A DNA stretch of 64,000 nt from Flavobacteriales bacterium (GCA_028122735.1 JAOHSR010000002.1:16760-80759); one strand, 5' to 3'; counted from the first letter of the stretch, positions 18,200-28,425 are shown. The notes: generated by a model not told the origin, from the sequence alone. Translations and numbers: made by a program.

Positions 18200-19942
18200 A
18201 TGTTTAGAACACATAATCTTGGAGAATTAAATATCACCAACAAAGATCAACAAGTGACTTTATGTGGATGGGTACACAAAACACGAGATCTAGGAGGTAT
18301 GACGTTCATTGATTTGAGAGATAGATATGGAATAACACAACTAGCTTTTAATCTTGAAAAAAATAGTGAGCTATGCTTAAAAGCAAGAAGTTTAGGAAGA
18401 GAATTTGTTATTCAAGTTGCTGGTAAGGTTATTGAAAGAAGCTCTAAAAACCTTCAGATATCTACCGGAGAAATTGAAATTGAAGTTTTACAGCTTAATA
18501 TCCTAAACATCTCCAAAACACCACCATTTACAATTGAAGACCAATCCGACGGTGGAGATGAGTTAAGAATGAAATATCGATACCTTGATATCAGAAGAAA
18601 TGTAATTAAAGATAATCTTCTTTTAAGGAATAAAATTTCATTAGAAACAAGAAAATATTTAAGTAATATAGATTTTATTGAGGTGGAAACTCCTTACCTA
18701 ATAAAATCAACTCCTGAAGGAGCGCGAGACTTCATTGTACCATCAAGAATGAATCAAGGACAATTTTATGCGCTTCCACAATCCCCTCAAACTTTTAAAC
18801 AATTATTGATGGTCGGTGGTATGGATAAATATTACCAAATTGTAAAATGTTTTAGAGATGAGGATCTTAGAGCCGACAGACAACCAGAATTTACACAAAT
18901 AGATTGTGAAATGTCTTTTGTTGATCAAGAAGAAATTTTAATGACATTTGAAGGATTGACAAAGCATTTAATAAAAGAAATAAAAGGAGTAGAGATAAAT
19001 GAATTTCCAAAGATCTCATATGACGAAGCAATTTCATTATATGGTTCAGATAAGCCTGACATTCGTTTTGATATGAAATTTATTGATTTCACAAAAAGCT
19101 CAAAAGGATATAATTTTCAAGTTTTTGATAATGCAGAAATTATTATTGGCTTTGTAGTAAAAGGGTGTGCCAACTTTTCAAGAAAACAGCTAGATAAATT
19201 AATTGATTTTGTTAAAACACCTCAAGTAGGTGCTACTGGTTTAATTTATTGTAAATTCAATGAGGATGGAACTATTAAATCTAGTGTAGATAAGTTTTTT
19301 AGTGATGAGATAAAAAACATATGGAAAGAAAATGCAAGTTGTAATGAAGGAGATTTGTTGTTAATGATGTCTGGAGAAACTGAAAAAACTAGAAAAGCCT
19401 TAGGAACACTTAGATTAAAATTAGCTGAGGATTTAAATATGAGAAATCCTAAAGAATTTGCTCCTCTCTGGGTTGTAGACTTTCCATTGTTAGAGTGGGA
19501 TGAAGACTCGCAAAGATATCATGCGATGCATCATCCTTTTACTGCTCCAAAAACAGAAGATATTGCAAAAATTAAAACAGACCCAAAGTCTGTTAGAGCA
19601 AATGCCTATGATCTTGTGTTGAATGGAAATGAAATTGGAGGAGGATCGATAAGGATTCATGATAAGGAGTTGCAAAAACAAATGTTCACACATCTAGGAT
19701 TTACTGATGAAGAGGCAAAGGAACAATTTGGTTTTTTAATGGATGCTTTTGAGTATGGCGCGCCGCCACATGGCGGTATTGCATTTGGTTTTGACAGGCT
19801 CTGTGCAATTTTAGGTGGAGAAGAGTCAATCAGAGATTTTATTGCATTTCCAAAAAACAATTCTGGGAGAGATGTTATGATAGACTCACCATCTTATATT
19901 TCAAAAGATCAACTTGATGAATTAAAAATTAGAAATCTATAA
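18200..19942 (+). CDS. aspS: aspartate--tRNA ligase
   Basis: [10 protein letters not shown]... is a typical AspRS N-terminus. Class II motifs [18 protein letters not shown] and GGGSIRIH, plus GFDRL. Start trimmed to the ATG at 18200. Confidence 0.95.
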   Translation: MFRTHNLGELNITNKDQQVTLCGWVHKTRDLGGMTFIDLRDRYGITQLAFNLEKNSELCLKARSLGREFVIQVAGKVIERSSKNLQISTGEIEIEVLQLNILNISKTPPFTIEDQSDGGDELRMKYRYLDIRRNVIKDNLLLRNKISLETRKYLSNIDFIEVETPYLIKSTPEGARDFIVPSRMNQGQFYALPQSPQTFKQLLMVGGMDKYYQIVKCFRDEDLRADRQPEFTQIDCEMSFVDQEEILMTFEGLTKHLIKEIKGVEINEFPKISYDEAISLYGSDKPDIRFDMKFIDFTKSSKGYNFQVFDNAEIIIGFVVKGCANFSRKQLDKLIDFVKTPQVGATGLIYCKFNEDGTIKSSVDKFFSDEIKNIWKENASCNEGDLLLMMSGETEKTRKALGTLRLKLAEDLNMRNPKEFAPLWVVDFPLLEWDEDSQRYHAMHHPFTAPKTEDIAKIKTDPKSVRANAYDLVLNGNEIGGGSIRIHDKELQKQMFTHLGFTDEEAKEQFGFLMDAFEYGAPPHGGIAFGFDRLCAILGGEESIRDFIAFPKNNSGRDVMIDSPSYISKDQLDELKIRNL

Positions 19943-19944
19943 GA

Positions 19945-20463
19945 ATGCAAGAAAAAAACAAATATGGAGTTTGGATTAAAATTATTTCTGTCGCTATTCC
20001 CGTAGTTGTTGCTATTTTATTTGGGGTAAGAGTAGATTATGAATTACCAATTTTTCTTCCACCTATTTACTCCTCTCTAAATGCATTAACCGCTGTGTTA
20101 TTAGTGTTAGCATTGGTCGCAATTAAATCCAAGAAAATTAAATTGCATCAAAGATTAATGCAAACATGTATCGCCCTATCTCTTGTTTTTCTTGTGATGT
20201 ATATCGCTTATCACATGACTACAGACCCCACGCCTTTCGGTGGTGAAGGACTCACTAAATCGATATATTTTTTTATTCTTATATCACACATTCTTTTATC
20301 AATTGCTCTAATCCCCCTAGTTTTAATAAGCTATGTTAGAGCATTTCAAAAAGAATTTCTAGCACATAAAAAAATATCAAAAATTACATTTCCAATCTGG
20401 CTTTATGTGGCTGTAACAGGGGTTGTAGTTTATCTAATGATTTCTCCTTATTACGTCTATTAA
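19945..20463 (+). CDS. DUF420 membrane protein (oxidase-associated)
   Basis: 172 aa, about 5 TM. Shares a 1-nt TAATG junction with ctaA. Family assignment is from recollection of the DUF420/CtaM type. Confidence 0.7.
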   Translation: MQEKNKYGVWIKIISVAIPVVVAILFGVRVDYELPIFLPPIYSSLNALTAVLLVLALVAIKSKKIKLHQRLMQTCIALSLVFLVMYIAYHMTTDPTPFGGEGLTKSIYFFILISHILLSIALIPLVLISYVRAFQKEFLAHKKISKITFPIWLYVAVTGVVVYLMISPYYVY

Positions 20464-21488
20464 TGCAAAATATTAGAAGAGAGAACGTTTCTATTATAAT
20501 GTGGTTATTTTCTGGTTGTTTTCTAATCTTTACTATGGTAATTGTTGGCGGAGTAACTAGATTAACCGGTTCAGGCTTATCCATGGTTGATTGGAAATTA
20601 TTTATGGGAGCCATACCCCCAATAAATCATCAAGAATGGATAGACGCCTTCGAACAATACAAGCAGTTCCCAGAATTTAAAGAAAGAAACTTCATGTTTT
20701 CTCTTTCAGATTTTAAAAACATTTTCTTTTGGGAATATATTCATAGATTGCTTGGAAGATTTATCGGCTTAGTTTTTATTATCCCATATCTATATTTCCT
20801 TATTAGAAAAAGATTTTCAAAAAAATTAATATTTCAAACAACAATATTGCTTTTTATGGGGGCAACTCAGGGTTTTCTAGGTTGGTGGATGGTTAAGAGT
20901 GGATTAGTTAACAATCCTGATGTAAGTCATGTAAGACTTGCCACACATCTCACAACAGCATTTCTAACGTTCTCATATACTTTTTGGATAGCACTTTCGC
21001 TAGTTTTTCCAAAAAAAGAATTTAGTAATATAACTTTATATAAAATCTCATTTACACTCATATTTTTAGTGCTAATCCAGATTATTTATGGAGCTTTTGT
21101 TGCTGGATTAGATGCGGGTAAAATTTATAACACTTGGCCTAAAATGCATGGTGATTGGATTGCTGAATCTGTTTATGCCATGACTCCTTTTTGGGATAAT
21201 TTTATTAATGGATTGGCAGGAGTTCAATTTATTCACAGATCTTTTGCCTATCTGGTTTTTGGCTTTATAGTTTATCTATTTGTAAAATCCAAAAAATTTA
21301 ATTTAAATAAAATTGAAAGAATTGGTGTGAATACACTTTTAATAACAGTGTTTATACAAATGGTTCTTGGTATTATAACTCTCGTACTTGGAGTACCTGT
21401 TTGGCTTGGAGTTATTCATCAATTGGGAGCCTTCATATTATTAGCTTCAACCGTTTTTTGTCTGTTTATTTTTAAAAAAACCATTTAA
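20463..21488 (+). CDS. ctaA: heme A synthase (COX15/CtaA)
   Basis: 341 aa, polytopic. VTRLTGSGLSMVDW and EYIHR motifs with His in TM helices. Confidence 0.88.
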   Translation: MQNIRRENVSIIMWLFSGCFLIFTMVIVGGVTRLTGSGLSMVDWKLFMGAIPPINHQEWIDAFEQYKQFPEFKERNFMFSLSDFKNIFFWEYIHRLLGRFIGLVFIIPYLYFLIRKRFSKKLIFQTTILLFMGATQGFLGWWMVKSGLVNNPDVSHVRLATHLTTAFLTFSYTFWIALSLVFPKKEFSNITLYKISFTLIFLVLIQIIYGAFVAGLDAGKIYNTWPKMHGDWIAESVYAMTPFWDNFINGLAGVQFIHRSFAYLVFGFIVYLFVKSKKFNLNKIERIGVNTLLITVFIQMVLGIITLVLGVPVWLGVIHQLGAFILLASTVFCLFIFKKTI

Positions 21489-22377
21489 TTACCCACTTGT
21501 CCATTACATAAATAAGCTGCATAAAAGGTAAATAAACTAAAGAAGATATCATTAGGTTTTTAGCAACCGAATCTTCAGGTGTTCTGAGTAATTTATAGCT
21601 ATTAAATGTAAACCAAATCCCTAGTGTTAAAACCAAAATAAAGGATACAATGGAAAGATTAATAAAATTTAAATCTAAAAAAAATGGCAAAACAGAAATA
21701 ATAGTCATTACAGTGGATGTGATTAAAGCTATTACTGCTGGGTATTTTCCCTTTTCTTCTCCGTACATCATTTTAAATCCTGCCTTTTTATATTCATCAT
21801 CTCTAATCCAAGAGATTGAAATAAAGTGAGGGAATTGCCATAAAAACTGAATAGCAAATAACAATCCTACGGCTAAGCCAAAATCATCAGTAGCAGCCAC
21901 CCATCCTAAAAGCACAGGTATTGCCCCAGGAATTGCCCCTACAAATATTGACACCGTTGACATTCTTTTTAATGGAGTATAAGACAAAACATATATCATA
22001 AGAGACAATAATCCAAACGCAGATGATTTTGATAAAAAACCATAAAAACTTCCATGTGGTTTTATCATGCTCAATAGATATAATCCCAATACCCCAATAA
22101 TAAAAGAGAAAATTAGAGAATTTAATGTTGTAAGGTTTTTCTTTGGTAGGGGCCTATGCATTGTTCGTAACATAAGCTTATCATAGTCTTTCTCTAAGAT
22201 TTGATTAAATCCATTTGCTGATCCAGTGACTAAAAAACCGCCTAGAGCTAATAAAATTAATTCTATATAATCAAAATTTTCTACGCCAATTAGATATCCT
22301 GCTGTTGCTGAAATGACAACAGTAAAAGATAGTCTAAACTTTAATAATTGAAAATAATATTTTATTGACGAAATCAA
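21472..22377 (-). CDS. ctaB: protoheme IX farnesyltransferase (heme O synthase)
   Basis: 301 aa of the UbiA family, with the NQILEKDYDKLMLRTMHRPLP motif. Confidence 0.92.
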   Translation of the reverse strand: MISSIKYYFQLLKFRLSFTVVISATAGYLIGVENFDYIELILLALGGFLVTGSANGFNQILEKDYDKLMLRTMHRPLPKKNLTTLNSLIFSFIIGVLGLYLLSMIKPHGSFYGFLSKSSAFGLLSLMIYVLSYTPLKRMSTVSIFVGAIPGAIPVLLGWVAATDDFGLAVGLLFAIQFLWQFPHFISISWIRDDEYKKAGFKMMYGEEKGKYPAVIALITSTVMTIISVLPFFLDLNFINLSIVSFILVLTLGIWFTFNSYKLLRTPEDSVAKNLMISSLVYLPFMQLIYVMDKWVIKWFF

Positions 22378-22381
22378 AACA

Positions 22382-22615
22382 TTAATTTAATGCCTTCGTT
22401 TTTTTCTTTTGGAAATAATAGAAGAAACAAAATAAGAAAAACGCAAAATAGGGCATTGACATTAGAAACAAAATACCATCATTTAAACCCGCCCCTTTAG
22501 TACCGCCAGCCTCTAAATTGGCCTCAACAACGGCTTTACACATTGCGCACTGAGATGATAAATCTAAACTTAAAAGTAGAAATAAAATTATTAAGAATAC
22601 AATCTGCCTTACCAT
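22382..22615 (-). CDS. small secreted/anchored CxxC protein, function unknown
   Basis: 77 aa. Signal peptide ...DLSS|QCAMCK, then a C-terminal TM helix and a KKKTK tail. Overlaps the SCO stop by 7 nt and ends 4 nt before ctaB. Confidence 0.55.
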   Translation of the reverse strand: MVRQIVFLIILFLLLSLDLSSQCAMCKAVVEANLEAGGTKGAGLNDGILFLMSMPYFAFFLFCFFYYFQKKKTKALN

Positions 22616-23322
22616 TTTCGTTTAGTCTTTTTAGGGCGCTTATACTCTGCCATTAGCACCTTTACATCATTAACTAAATCTTTCATTTGAACTTCTTTTG
22701 TACCATCATAAACTCCTAACACATTCCCATTTTTATCAATTCCAGATCGAACTCGACCTTCTTTATCTATTAAAATAAAATATTCAGAATGTAAAAATCC
22801 TCCAGGAGCTAAAGAATCTGGACTTACATTTACAAAATAGGATTTAGCAACTTCATAGATATCATCCTTTTTTCCAGTTAAAAAATCCCAATTTGATAAA
22901 TCTACATCAATATTATTTTGTTTCATTTCTTCAATATATTCTAAAAATCTCTTAGGAGTATCCGTCTCTGGATTGACAGTGTGAGATAAGAATCTTAAGT
23001 TTGGATATACACTTAATTTATCCTGAATATAGGCCATATTTTTAGTCATTACAGGGCAAATTGTTGGACAAGTAGTAAAGAAAAAATCGGCAACATATAT
23101 ATTGCCTAGCATGGTGTCATTATTTATGACTTCATTATGCTGATTAACAAGAGAAAATTCTGAAATAGTATGGTCCTCTCCATTATCTTTTTTTTCTCCG
23201 ACAACCTCTAGCTTAATAAAGTTATTATATCCTTTTGTTACGTAAGAGTAAATAATTGGAGGAACTACTAATAATAATGCTAGAAGTATTAAGGTTGTAA
23301 TATTCTTCATTTTTATTTTCAT
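22609..23322 (-). CDS. SCO1/SenC-family copper chaperone
   Basis: 237 aa. N-terminal TM, thioredoxin fold with CPTICP, and a conserved downstream His (FLHSEYF). Confidence 0.88.
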   Translation of the reverse strand: MKIKMKNITTLILLALLLVVPPIIYSYVTKGYNNFIKLEVVGEKKDNGEDHTISEFSLVNQHNEVINNDTMLGNIYVADFFFTTCPTICPVMTKNMAYIQDKLSVYPNLRFLSHTVNPETDTPKRFLEYIEEMKQNNIDVDLSNWDFLTGKKDDIYEVAKSYFVNVSPDSLAPGGFLHSEYFILIDKEGRVRSGIDKNGNVLGVYDGTKEVQMKDLVNDVKVLMAEYKRPKKTKRKW

Positions 23323-23324
23323 GT

Positions 23325-23663
23325 TTACATCATCAAATATGCATGAGTTGCCTCACTCAAAATAATAAATAATAAATACGGAACAAGAATAAATGCTGGA
23401 ACCAGAATAGTCCATCGAAAAGATTTTTCTTCAAAACCTAAATGCATAAATACCAAAACAATATACCCGGCTTTTATTAAAGTTAAAACAATAAAGATAT
23501 GAGTTAACCAGGCAAGACCTAGAAAAGTATCAAAAACTAAAAATTCAGGTAAATAACCATCAACTTTTAATATACCAAGCATTACTTCAAATGCTGTAAT
23601 AGCTAGAAGAATCCAGAAGACTTTCCAGATCCACCAGTTTCCACTATGTTGTTCGTCTGACAT
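23325..23663 (-). CDS. cytochrome c oxidase subunit IV family protein
   Basis: 112 aa from the ATG at 23663 (MSDEQHSGNWW...), with 3 TM. The longer ORF-track start would overlap subunit III. Confidence 0.7.
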   Translation of the reverse strand: MSDEQHSGNWWIWKVFWILLAITAFEVMLGILKVDGYLPEFLVFDTFLGLAWLTHIFIVLTLIKAGYIVLVFMHLGFEEKSFRWTILVPAFILVPYLLFIILSEATHAYLMM

Positions 23664-23677
23664 AATATTTATTTTAA

Positions 23678-24589
23678 TTAAACGAGATAAAAGAATGTAA
23701 ATACAAATACCCAAACTAAATCGACAAAGTGCCAATAAAGCCCAATTTTCTCAACCATTTCGTAATGCCCCCTTTTTTCATATGTCCCCATAATTGTGTT
23801 AATCAGTAAAATAATTAAAAGAACAACACCACTAAATACGTGAAAACCGTGAAAACCAGTAATAAAGAAAAAATAATCTGCAAATAACACATGGCCATAT
23901 TCGTTACTTGTTAAGTTAGCTCCTAATAAAACTTTAGATGCGTTTTGATCTAAATATTCAATTGATGTAGAATGGTCTAAAAATGTTTTATCATACAGTC
24001 GTAAACCAAGTTCAGTATCAGAGGCAAAATTTTCTTTTACATCGGCCATTCCAAATGCATGATGACTACCATCATGCGAATCAGCACCCATTAAATCATA
24101 AATAGAATAAATTTCTTTGTCTTTAACAACATGGATGACATCAGCATTGTTTAATTCGATTGCACCTGAGTCACCATGAATAAAATGACCCCATTCCCAT
24201 GCCTGAGATGATAAGAATAACACACCACCTAAAATTGTAAACGACAACCACATTATTACTTTATTCTTTTGCATCTTATGACCATAATTTACTGCTAAAA
24301 CCATGGTAACAGAACTCATGATTAAAATAAAGGTCATAAGGGCTACGAATAATAATGGGTGGTCTCCATGTAAAAAAGGAAAGTGAGTAAAAACATCTTC
24401 TGGAACAGGCCAAACATCTTTAAATTTAAAACGACTAAACCCATAACCAGTTAAAAAAGCTGAAAAAGTAAGGGTGTCTGTGATAAGGAAAAACCACATC
24501 ATCATTTTCCCATAGCTAGCTTTGTAAGGAACATCTCCCCCCTTCCATGCAGGGGCGTTCATATCATTTTGAATAAGTGAATCTGCCAT
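23678..24589 (-). CDS. ctaE: cytochrome c oxidase subunit III
   Basis: 303 aa. Subunit III helices (FLITDTLTF, WEWGHF, GFHGFHVFSGV, YWHFVDLVWVF) with a soluble insertion. Confidence 0.88.
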   Translation of the reverse strand: MADSLIQNDMNAPAWKGGDVPYKASYGKMMMWFFLITDTLTFSAFLTGYGFSRFKFKDVWPVPEDVFTHFPFLHGDHPLLFVALMTFILIMSSVTMVLAVNYGHKMQKNKVIMWLSFTILGGVLFLSSQAWEWGHFIHGDSGAIELNNADVIHVVKDKEIYSIYDLMGADSHDGSHHAFGMADVKENFASDTELGLRLYDKTFLDHSTSIEYLDQNASKVLLGANLTSNEYGHVLFADYFFFITGFHGFHVFSGVVLLIILLINTIMGTYEKRGHYEMVEKIGLYWHFVDLVWVFVFTFFYLV

Positions 24590-24613
24590 CTTATTTAAGT
24601 TTTATGTTTTTAT

Positions 24614-25165
24614 TTAATAAAAATTTAATAGTGCATAAAGAAACAACCATAAAAGGGCTAAAAAATGCCAATATACTGAGGTTAGATCAATAGCTAATGA
24701 ATTTTTAGTTGTAAATACGTTGTTTTTTGCCTGTATCGTAACATATATTAGGGCAACTAATCCAGCTAGTAGATGAACTAAATGAGCCAATGTTAATACA
24801 TATAAAAAAGAACCAGAAGCATTACTTCCTTCTCCAGTTAAATATACACCTTGACTAATTAACTGTTGCCAACCTTTAAATTGAAAAAATGTAAATAACA
24901 AGCCCAACAACAGTACACTTAAAACTAGCTGAAAAGCAGAATTATTTTTACGCAATTGAGCTTTGACAAAGAACAAAATAATACTACTTAATACAATTAT
25001 AATTGTACTAAGAGTAAAATATTCTGGCAATACAAATTCCAACCAGTTTCCTTCAGGCTTACGAACAATATATGCAGAAGTTAATCCTCCAAAGAACATA
25101 AGAATTGAACCCATTCCAATCCAAAGCAATTGTTTTTTTGCGTTATTTTCAACTATAGTAGCCAT
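24614..25165 (-). CDS. heme-copper oxidase subunit III family protein (short form)
   Basis: 183 aa, 5 TM. LAHLVHLLAGL and YWHFLALLWLF resemble the subunit III C-terminal half. Confidence 0.8.
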   Translation of the reverse strand: MATIVENNAKKQLLWIGMGSILMFFGGLTSAYIVRKPEGNWLEFVLPEYFTLSTIIIVLSSIILFFVKAQLRKNNSAFQLVLSVLLLGLLFTFFQFKGWQQLISQGVYLTGEGSNASGSFLYVLTLAHLVHLLAGLVALIYVTIQAKNNVFTTKNSLAIDLTSVYWHFLALLWLFLYALLNFY

Positions 25166-25166
25166 A

Positions 25167-26921
25167 TTAATGTTCTTCTTCGCCTTCTTTTAGTGGTACA
25201 TTTTGGGGAATATAATCTTCTTCAGCACCGGGCTTTGAATAATCATAAGCCCATCTTGTTACTACTGGTAATTCGCCCGGCCAATTACCATGTATTCTCT
25301 CAACTGGAGTAGTCCATTCAAGCGTATTTGACTTCCAAGGGTTTTTAGAGGCTTTAGTTCCTTTAAAAATACTGTAAACAAAATTGAAGATGAAAATTGC
25401 TTGCGCAACCGCCCCTGCTAAAGCAAAGAATGTTATTATCTCGTTAATATCACTTAATCCATCAAACATAGGGAAGGAACTATTAGTATAATATCTTCTT
25501 GGAAGACCAGCTAATCCTAAAAAGTGCATTGGAAAAAACACTCCATACGCACATATAAATGTTAACCAAAAGTGCAAATATCCTAAAGTCTTGTTCATCA
25601 TCTTCCCATACATTTTAGGAAACCAATGATATACTCCAGCATACATTCCATAAATAGCCGAAAGTCCCATTACAATATGAAAGTGACCAACAACGAAATA
25701 TGTGTCATGAACATTTATGTCCAAAGCACTATCACCAAGAATAAGTCCTGTCAAACCACCAGTTATAAATGCTGAAACAGTTCCAATTGCAAATAACATT
25801 GCAGGAGTAAATCTAATATTAGCGCGCCAAAGAGTGGCCAGCCAATTGAATACTTTAACCGCTGATGGAATTGCGATTAATAGTGTTGTAAAAGTAAATA
25901 CTGATCCTAAAAATGGATTCATTCCAGTCATGAACATGTGGTGACCCCAAACAATAAATGATAGAAAAGCAATAAGCAAAATAGCACCAACCATTGCTTT
26001 ATACCCAAAAATTGGTTTTCTAGAGTTTACTGCAATCACTTCAGAAACTATTCCTAATGCTGGCAATAAAATAATATAAACCTCTGGATGACCTAAAAAC
26101 CAGAATAGGTGCTCAAATAGTATAGGGCTTCCTCCCGCGTAGTGTAATGCCTCTCCATTTATAATAATATCTGAAAGATAAAAACTCGTTCCAAATGACC
26201 TATCAAAAAGAAGTAATAGTCCACAAGAAAGTAAAACTGGAAAAGAAAGAACTCCTAGAATGGCAGTAACGAATAACGCCCAACATGTTAGTGGCATTCT
26301 TTGCATTGACATACCCTTTGTTCTAAGGTTTAAAATTGTAACGATATAATTTAATCCGCCCAATAAAGATCCAACCACAAAAATTGTAATACTTAAAAGC
26401 CAAAGGGTCATTCCAGTTCCTGAACCGGGAATTGCTTCAGGCAAAGCACTTAATGGTGGATATATAGTCCATCCACTAGATGCAGGACCACCTTCAACAT
26501 AGATTGATGACATCAATATTACTGTTGCTAAAAAGAAGAACCAATATGAAAGCATATTTATAAATCCTGAAGCCATATCTCGAGCACCTATTTGCAGGGG
26601 AATTAAAAAATTTGCAAATGTTCCAGAAAGACCAGCAGTTAAAACCCAGAAAACAAGTATTGTTCCATGCATGGTTACAAGGGCTAAATATTTATCGGGA
26701 TTTAAAGCCCCGTCTTCACTTACCCATCCTCCAGGTAGTAAATTATACAAAACAGAATACTCCCCAGGATTTGCAAGCTGAACTCTAAAAACTGCAGACA
26801 TAAGCATTCCTACTAAAGCCATAAACATACCAGTTATTAGAAACTGTTTAGCAATCATCTTGTGATCCGTAGAAAATATATATTTTGTTATAAAAGTTTC
26901 TTTGTGATGATGATCTGACAT
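25167..26921 (-). CDS. ctaD: cytochrome c oxidase subunit I
   Basis: 584 aa. GHPEVYILLLP, WGHHMF, and HDTYFVVGHFH heme/CuB ligand motifs. Confidence 0.97.
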   Translation of the reverse strand: MSDHHHKETFITKYIFSTDHKMIAKQFLITGMFMALVGMLMSAVFRVQLANPGEYSVLYNLLPGGWVSEDGALNPDKYLALVTMHGTILVFWVLTAGLSGTFANFLIPLQIGARDMASGFINMLSYWFFFLATVILMSSIYVEGGPASSGWTIYPPLSALPEAIPGSGTGMTLWLLSITIFVVGSLLGGLNYIVTILNLRTKGMSMQRMPLTCWALFVTAILGVLSFPVLLSCGLLLLFDRSFGTSFYLSDIIINGEALHYAGGSPILFEHLFWFLGHPEVYIILLPALGIVSEVIAVNSRKPIFGYKAMVGAILLIAFLSFIVWGHHMFMTGMNPFLGSVFTFTTLLIAIPSAVKVFNWLATLWRANIRFTPAMLFAIGTVSAFITGGLTGLILGDSALDINVHDTYFVVGHFHIVMGLSAIYGMYAGVYHWFPKMYGKMMNKTLGYLHFWLTFICAYGVFFPMHFLGLAGLPRRYYTNSSFPMFDGLSDINEIITFFALAGAVAQAIFIFNFVYSIFKGTKASKNPWKSNTLEWTTPVERIHGNWPGELPVVTRWAYDYSKPGAEEDYIPQNVPLKEGEEEH

Positions 26922-26927
26922 TCTATA

Positions 26928-27902
26928 TTATTTTAATGTTAATGTATTTTGAACTGTTTTTTGTGAATTTATCCATTTGTTGTAATCCTCTTCACTTTCA
27001 ACAACAAATTTCATCTGCATATTAAAATGTGCAGAACCGCATATTTTATTACAAAGCAATACATATTCAAAATCCTCGCCTTCATTTTCTTTCATTTCAG
27101 CAGTTGTCTTTGTTGGAGTAAAGGCAAATTGGGTAGATAGGCCCGGAACACAATTCATTTGAACTCTAAAGTGGGGTAGAAAAGCCGAGTGTATAACATC
27201 GCGCGACCTAAATTTTAGCAAAACTGGCTTGTTAACTGGCAGATGCACCTCTCTTACAACTATATCATCAGCAGCTTTTTTATCATTAATATCAACACCC
27301 AAGGTATTTCTTCCTTCAACTAATCTAAAGTTTGCATCACCTAAAACATTATCAGTACCTGAGTATCTTGCTGTCCAATCAAATTGCTTAGAATACACTT
27401 CAATTACAGTAGCATCAGAGACATCGGGATTCATTGCTCTGTCCCAGGTTCTTAGTCCATAAATAATTAAAGCAGTAAGAACAATCGTAGGTATTACTGT
27501 CCAGGCAACTTCTAATCTATTGTTATGAGCGAAAAAGTATGCAGTGTTTTCTTTTTTTCCTCTGTACTTGTAAGCAAAATAAAAAAGCATTGGAGTTAAT
27601 GCAAAGAAAACAACTAAAATTAGAGTCATTGAAACTTTCATTAAACCGTCAATCTCTGCTCCGTGAACAGAACTTGCTGGGGGCAACAATAAGTGATCCC
27701 AAGTAATCATTTGCCAAATAACAAATGCTAGAAAACCAAATCCAATTATTATAAACAGGATTCCGTTTTGGTTGTTATCTTCATCTGTAACTTCGTTTGT
27801 ATCCTTATTTGTGATTTCAGAAAGTAATTCGTTAACTCTAACCAACTGAACCATAGCGGCTATTGTTAATAAAACAACTAGTGCAATTAATAAGTTTGTC
27901 AT
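26928..27902 (-). CDS. ctaC: cytochrome c oxidase subunit II (no fused cytochrome c domain)
   Basis: 324 aa, two N-terminal TM. Cupredoxin CuA ligands DVIHSAF and CNKICGSAHFNM. Confidence 0.92.
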   Translation of the reverse strand: MTNLLIALVVLLTIAAMVQLVRVNELLSEITNKDTNEVTDEDNNQNGILFIIIGFGFLAFVIWQMITWDHLLLPPASSVHGAEIDGLMKVSMTLILVVFFALTPMLFYFAYKYRGKKENTAYFFAHNNRLEVAWTVIPTIVLTALIIYGLRTWDRAMNPDVSDATVIEVYSKQFDWTARYSGTDNVLGDANFRLVEGRNTLGVDINDKKAADDIVVREVHLPVNKPVLLKFRSRDVIHSAFLPHFRVQMNCVPGLSTQFAFTPTKTTAEMKENEGEDFEYVLLCNKICGSAHFNMQMKFVVESEEDYNKWINSQKTVQNTLTLK

Positions 27903-27921
27903 GTGTATGTTTTTACGAGTG

Positions 27922-27929
27922 CAAAATTA
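27922..27929 (-). promoter_or_regulatory. -7 box TAATTTTG for the oxidase operon
   Basis: Plus strand reads CAAAATTA. 19 nt upstream of the ATG at 27902. Confidence 0.45.
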
Positions 27930-27978
27930 CGGATTTACTAATTTAATTCTGTAGAAAATCTGCTATTTTTTTTATAAA

Positions 27979-28425
27979 TTATTCATTATCTTCCATACAC
28001 CACTCAGCAAAGGAATTAGCAGTTTCTGACAAGACAACTTTGTAAAGATCTATATTGTCTGGTAATTGATTTTTTATTATTGAAACAAAATCATTGACTA
28101 AGTTTTCTGAAGTAGGCTGGTAAGGTAATAGATATACTTTTTCAAAAGCAGAAAAATCAATATTTGCATGAGGAGTATTTGCATTTAAAACAAGTGAGTG
28201 ATCGTATTTATCAATGATATTAGGCTTTACAAGCCGCTTAAGTAATCCAAAATCAAGTACCATACCGTCTTTTTTATGGCCATGCTCGTCCAAAACAGGA
28301 CCTCTTAGTGTAACCCAAAGTCGATATGAGTGACCATGGATATTTTTGCATAATCCATCATAGCCATGCAAAGCATGAGCCATTTCCATTTTAAATTGTT
28401 TTGTTATTCTAATTGTTTTCAACAC
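27979..28425 (-). CDS. queD: 6-carboxytetrahydropterin synthase QueD (PTPS family)
   Basis: 148 aa. FKMEMAHAL, CKNIHGHSY, and the second His/Glu region. Confidence 0.9.
   Translation of the reverse strand: MLKTIRITKQFKMEMAHALHGYDGLCKNIHGHSYRLWVTLRGPVLDEHGHKKDGMVLDFGLLKRLVKPNIIDKYDHSLVLNANTPHANIDFSAFEKVYLLPYQPTSENLVNDFVSIIKNQLPDNIDLYKVVLSETANSFAEWCMEDNE

Noticed and set aside
27903-27978. I expected alternative complex III (act) genes directly upstream of ctaC, as in many Bacteroidota. Instead queD and trhO are found there.
   Set aside because: Gene order varies between lineages, and the absence from this window says nothing about the genome. It is not an anomaly by itself.
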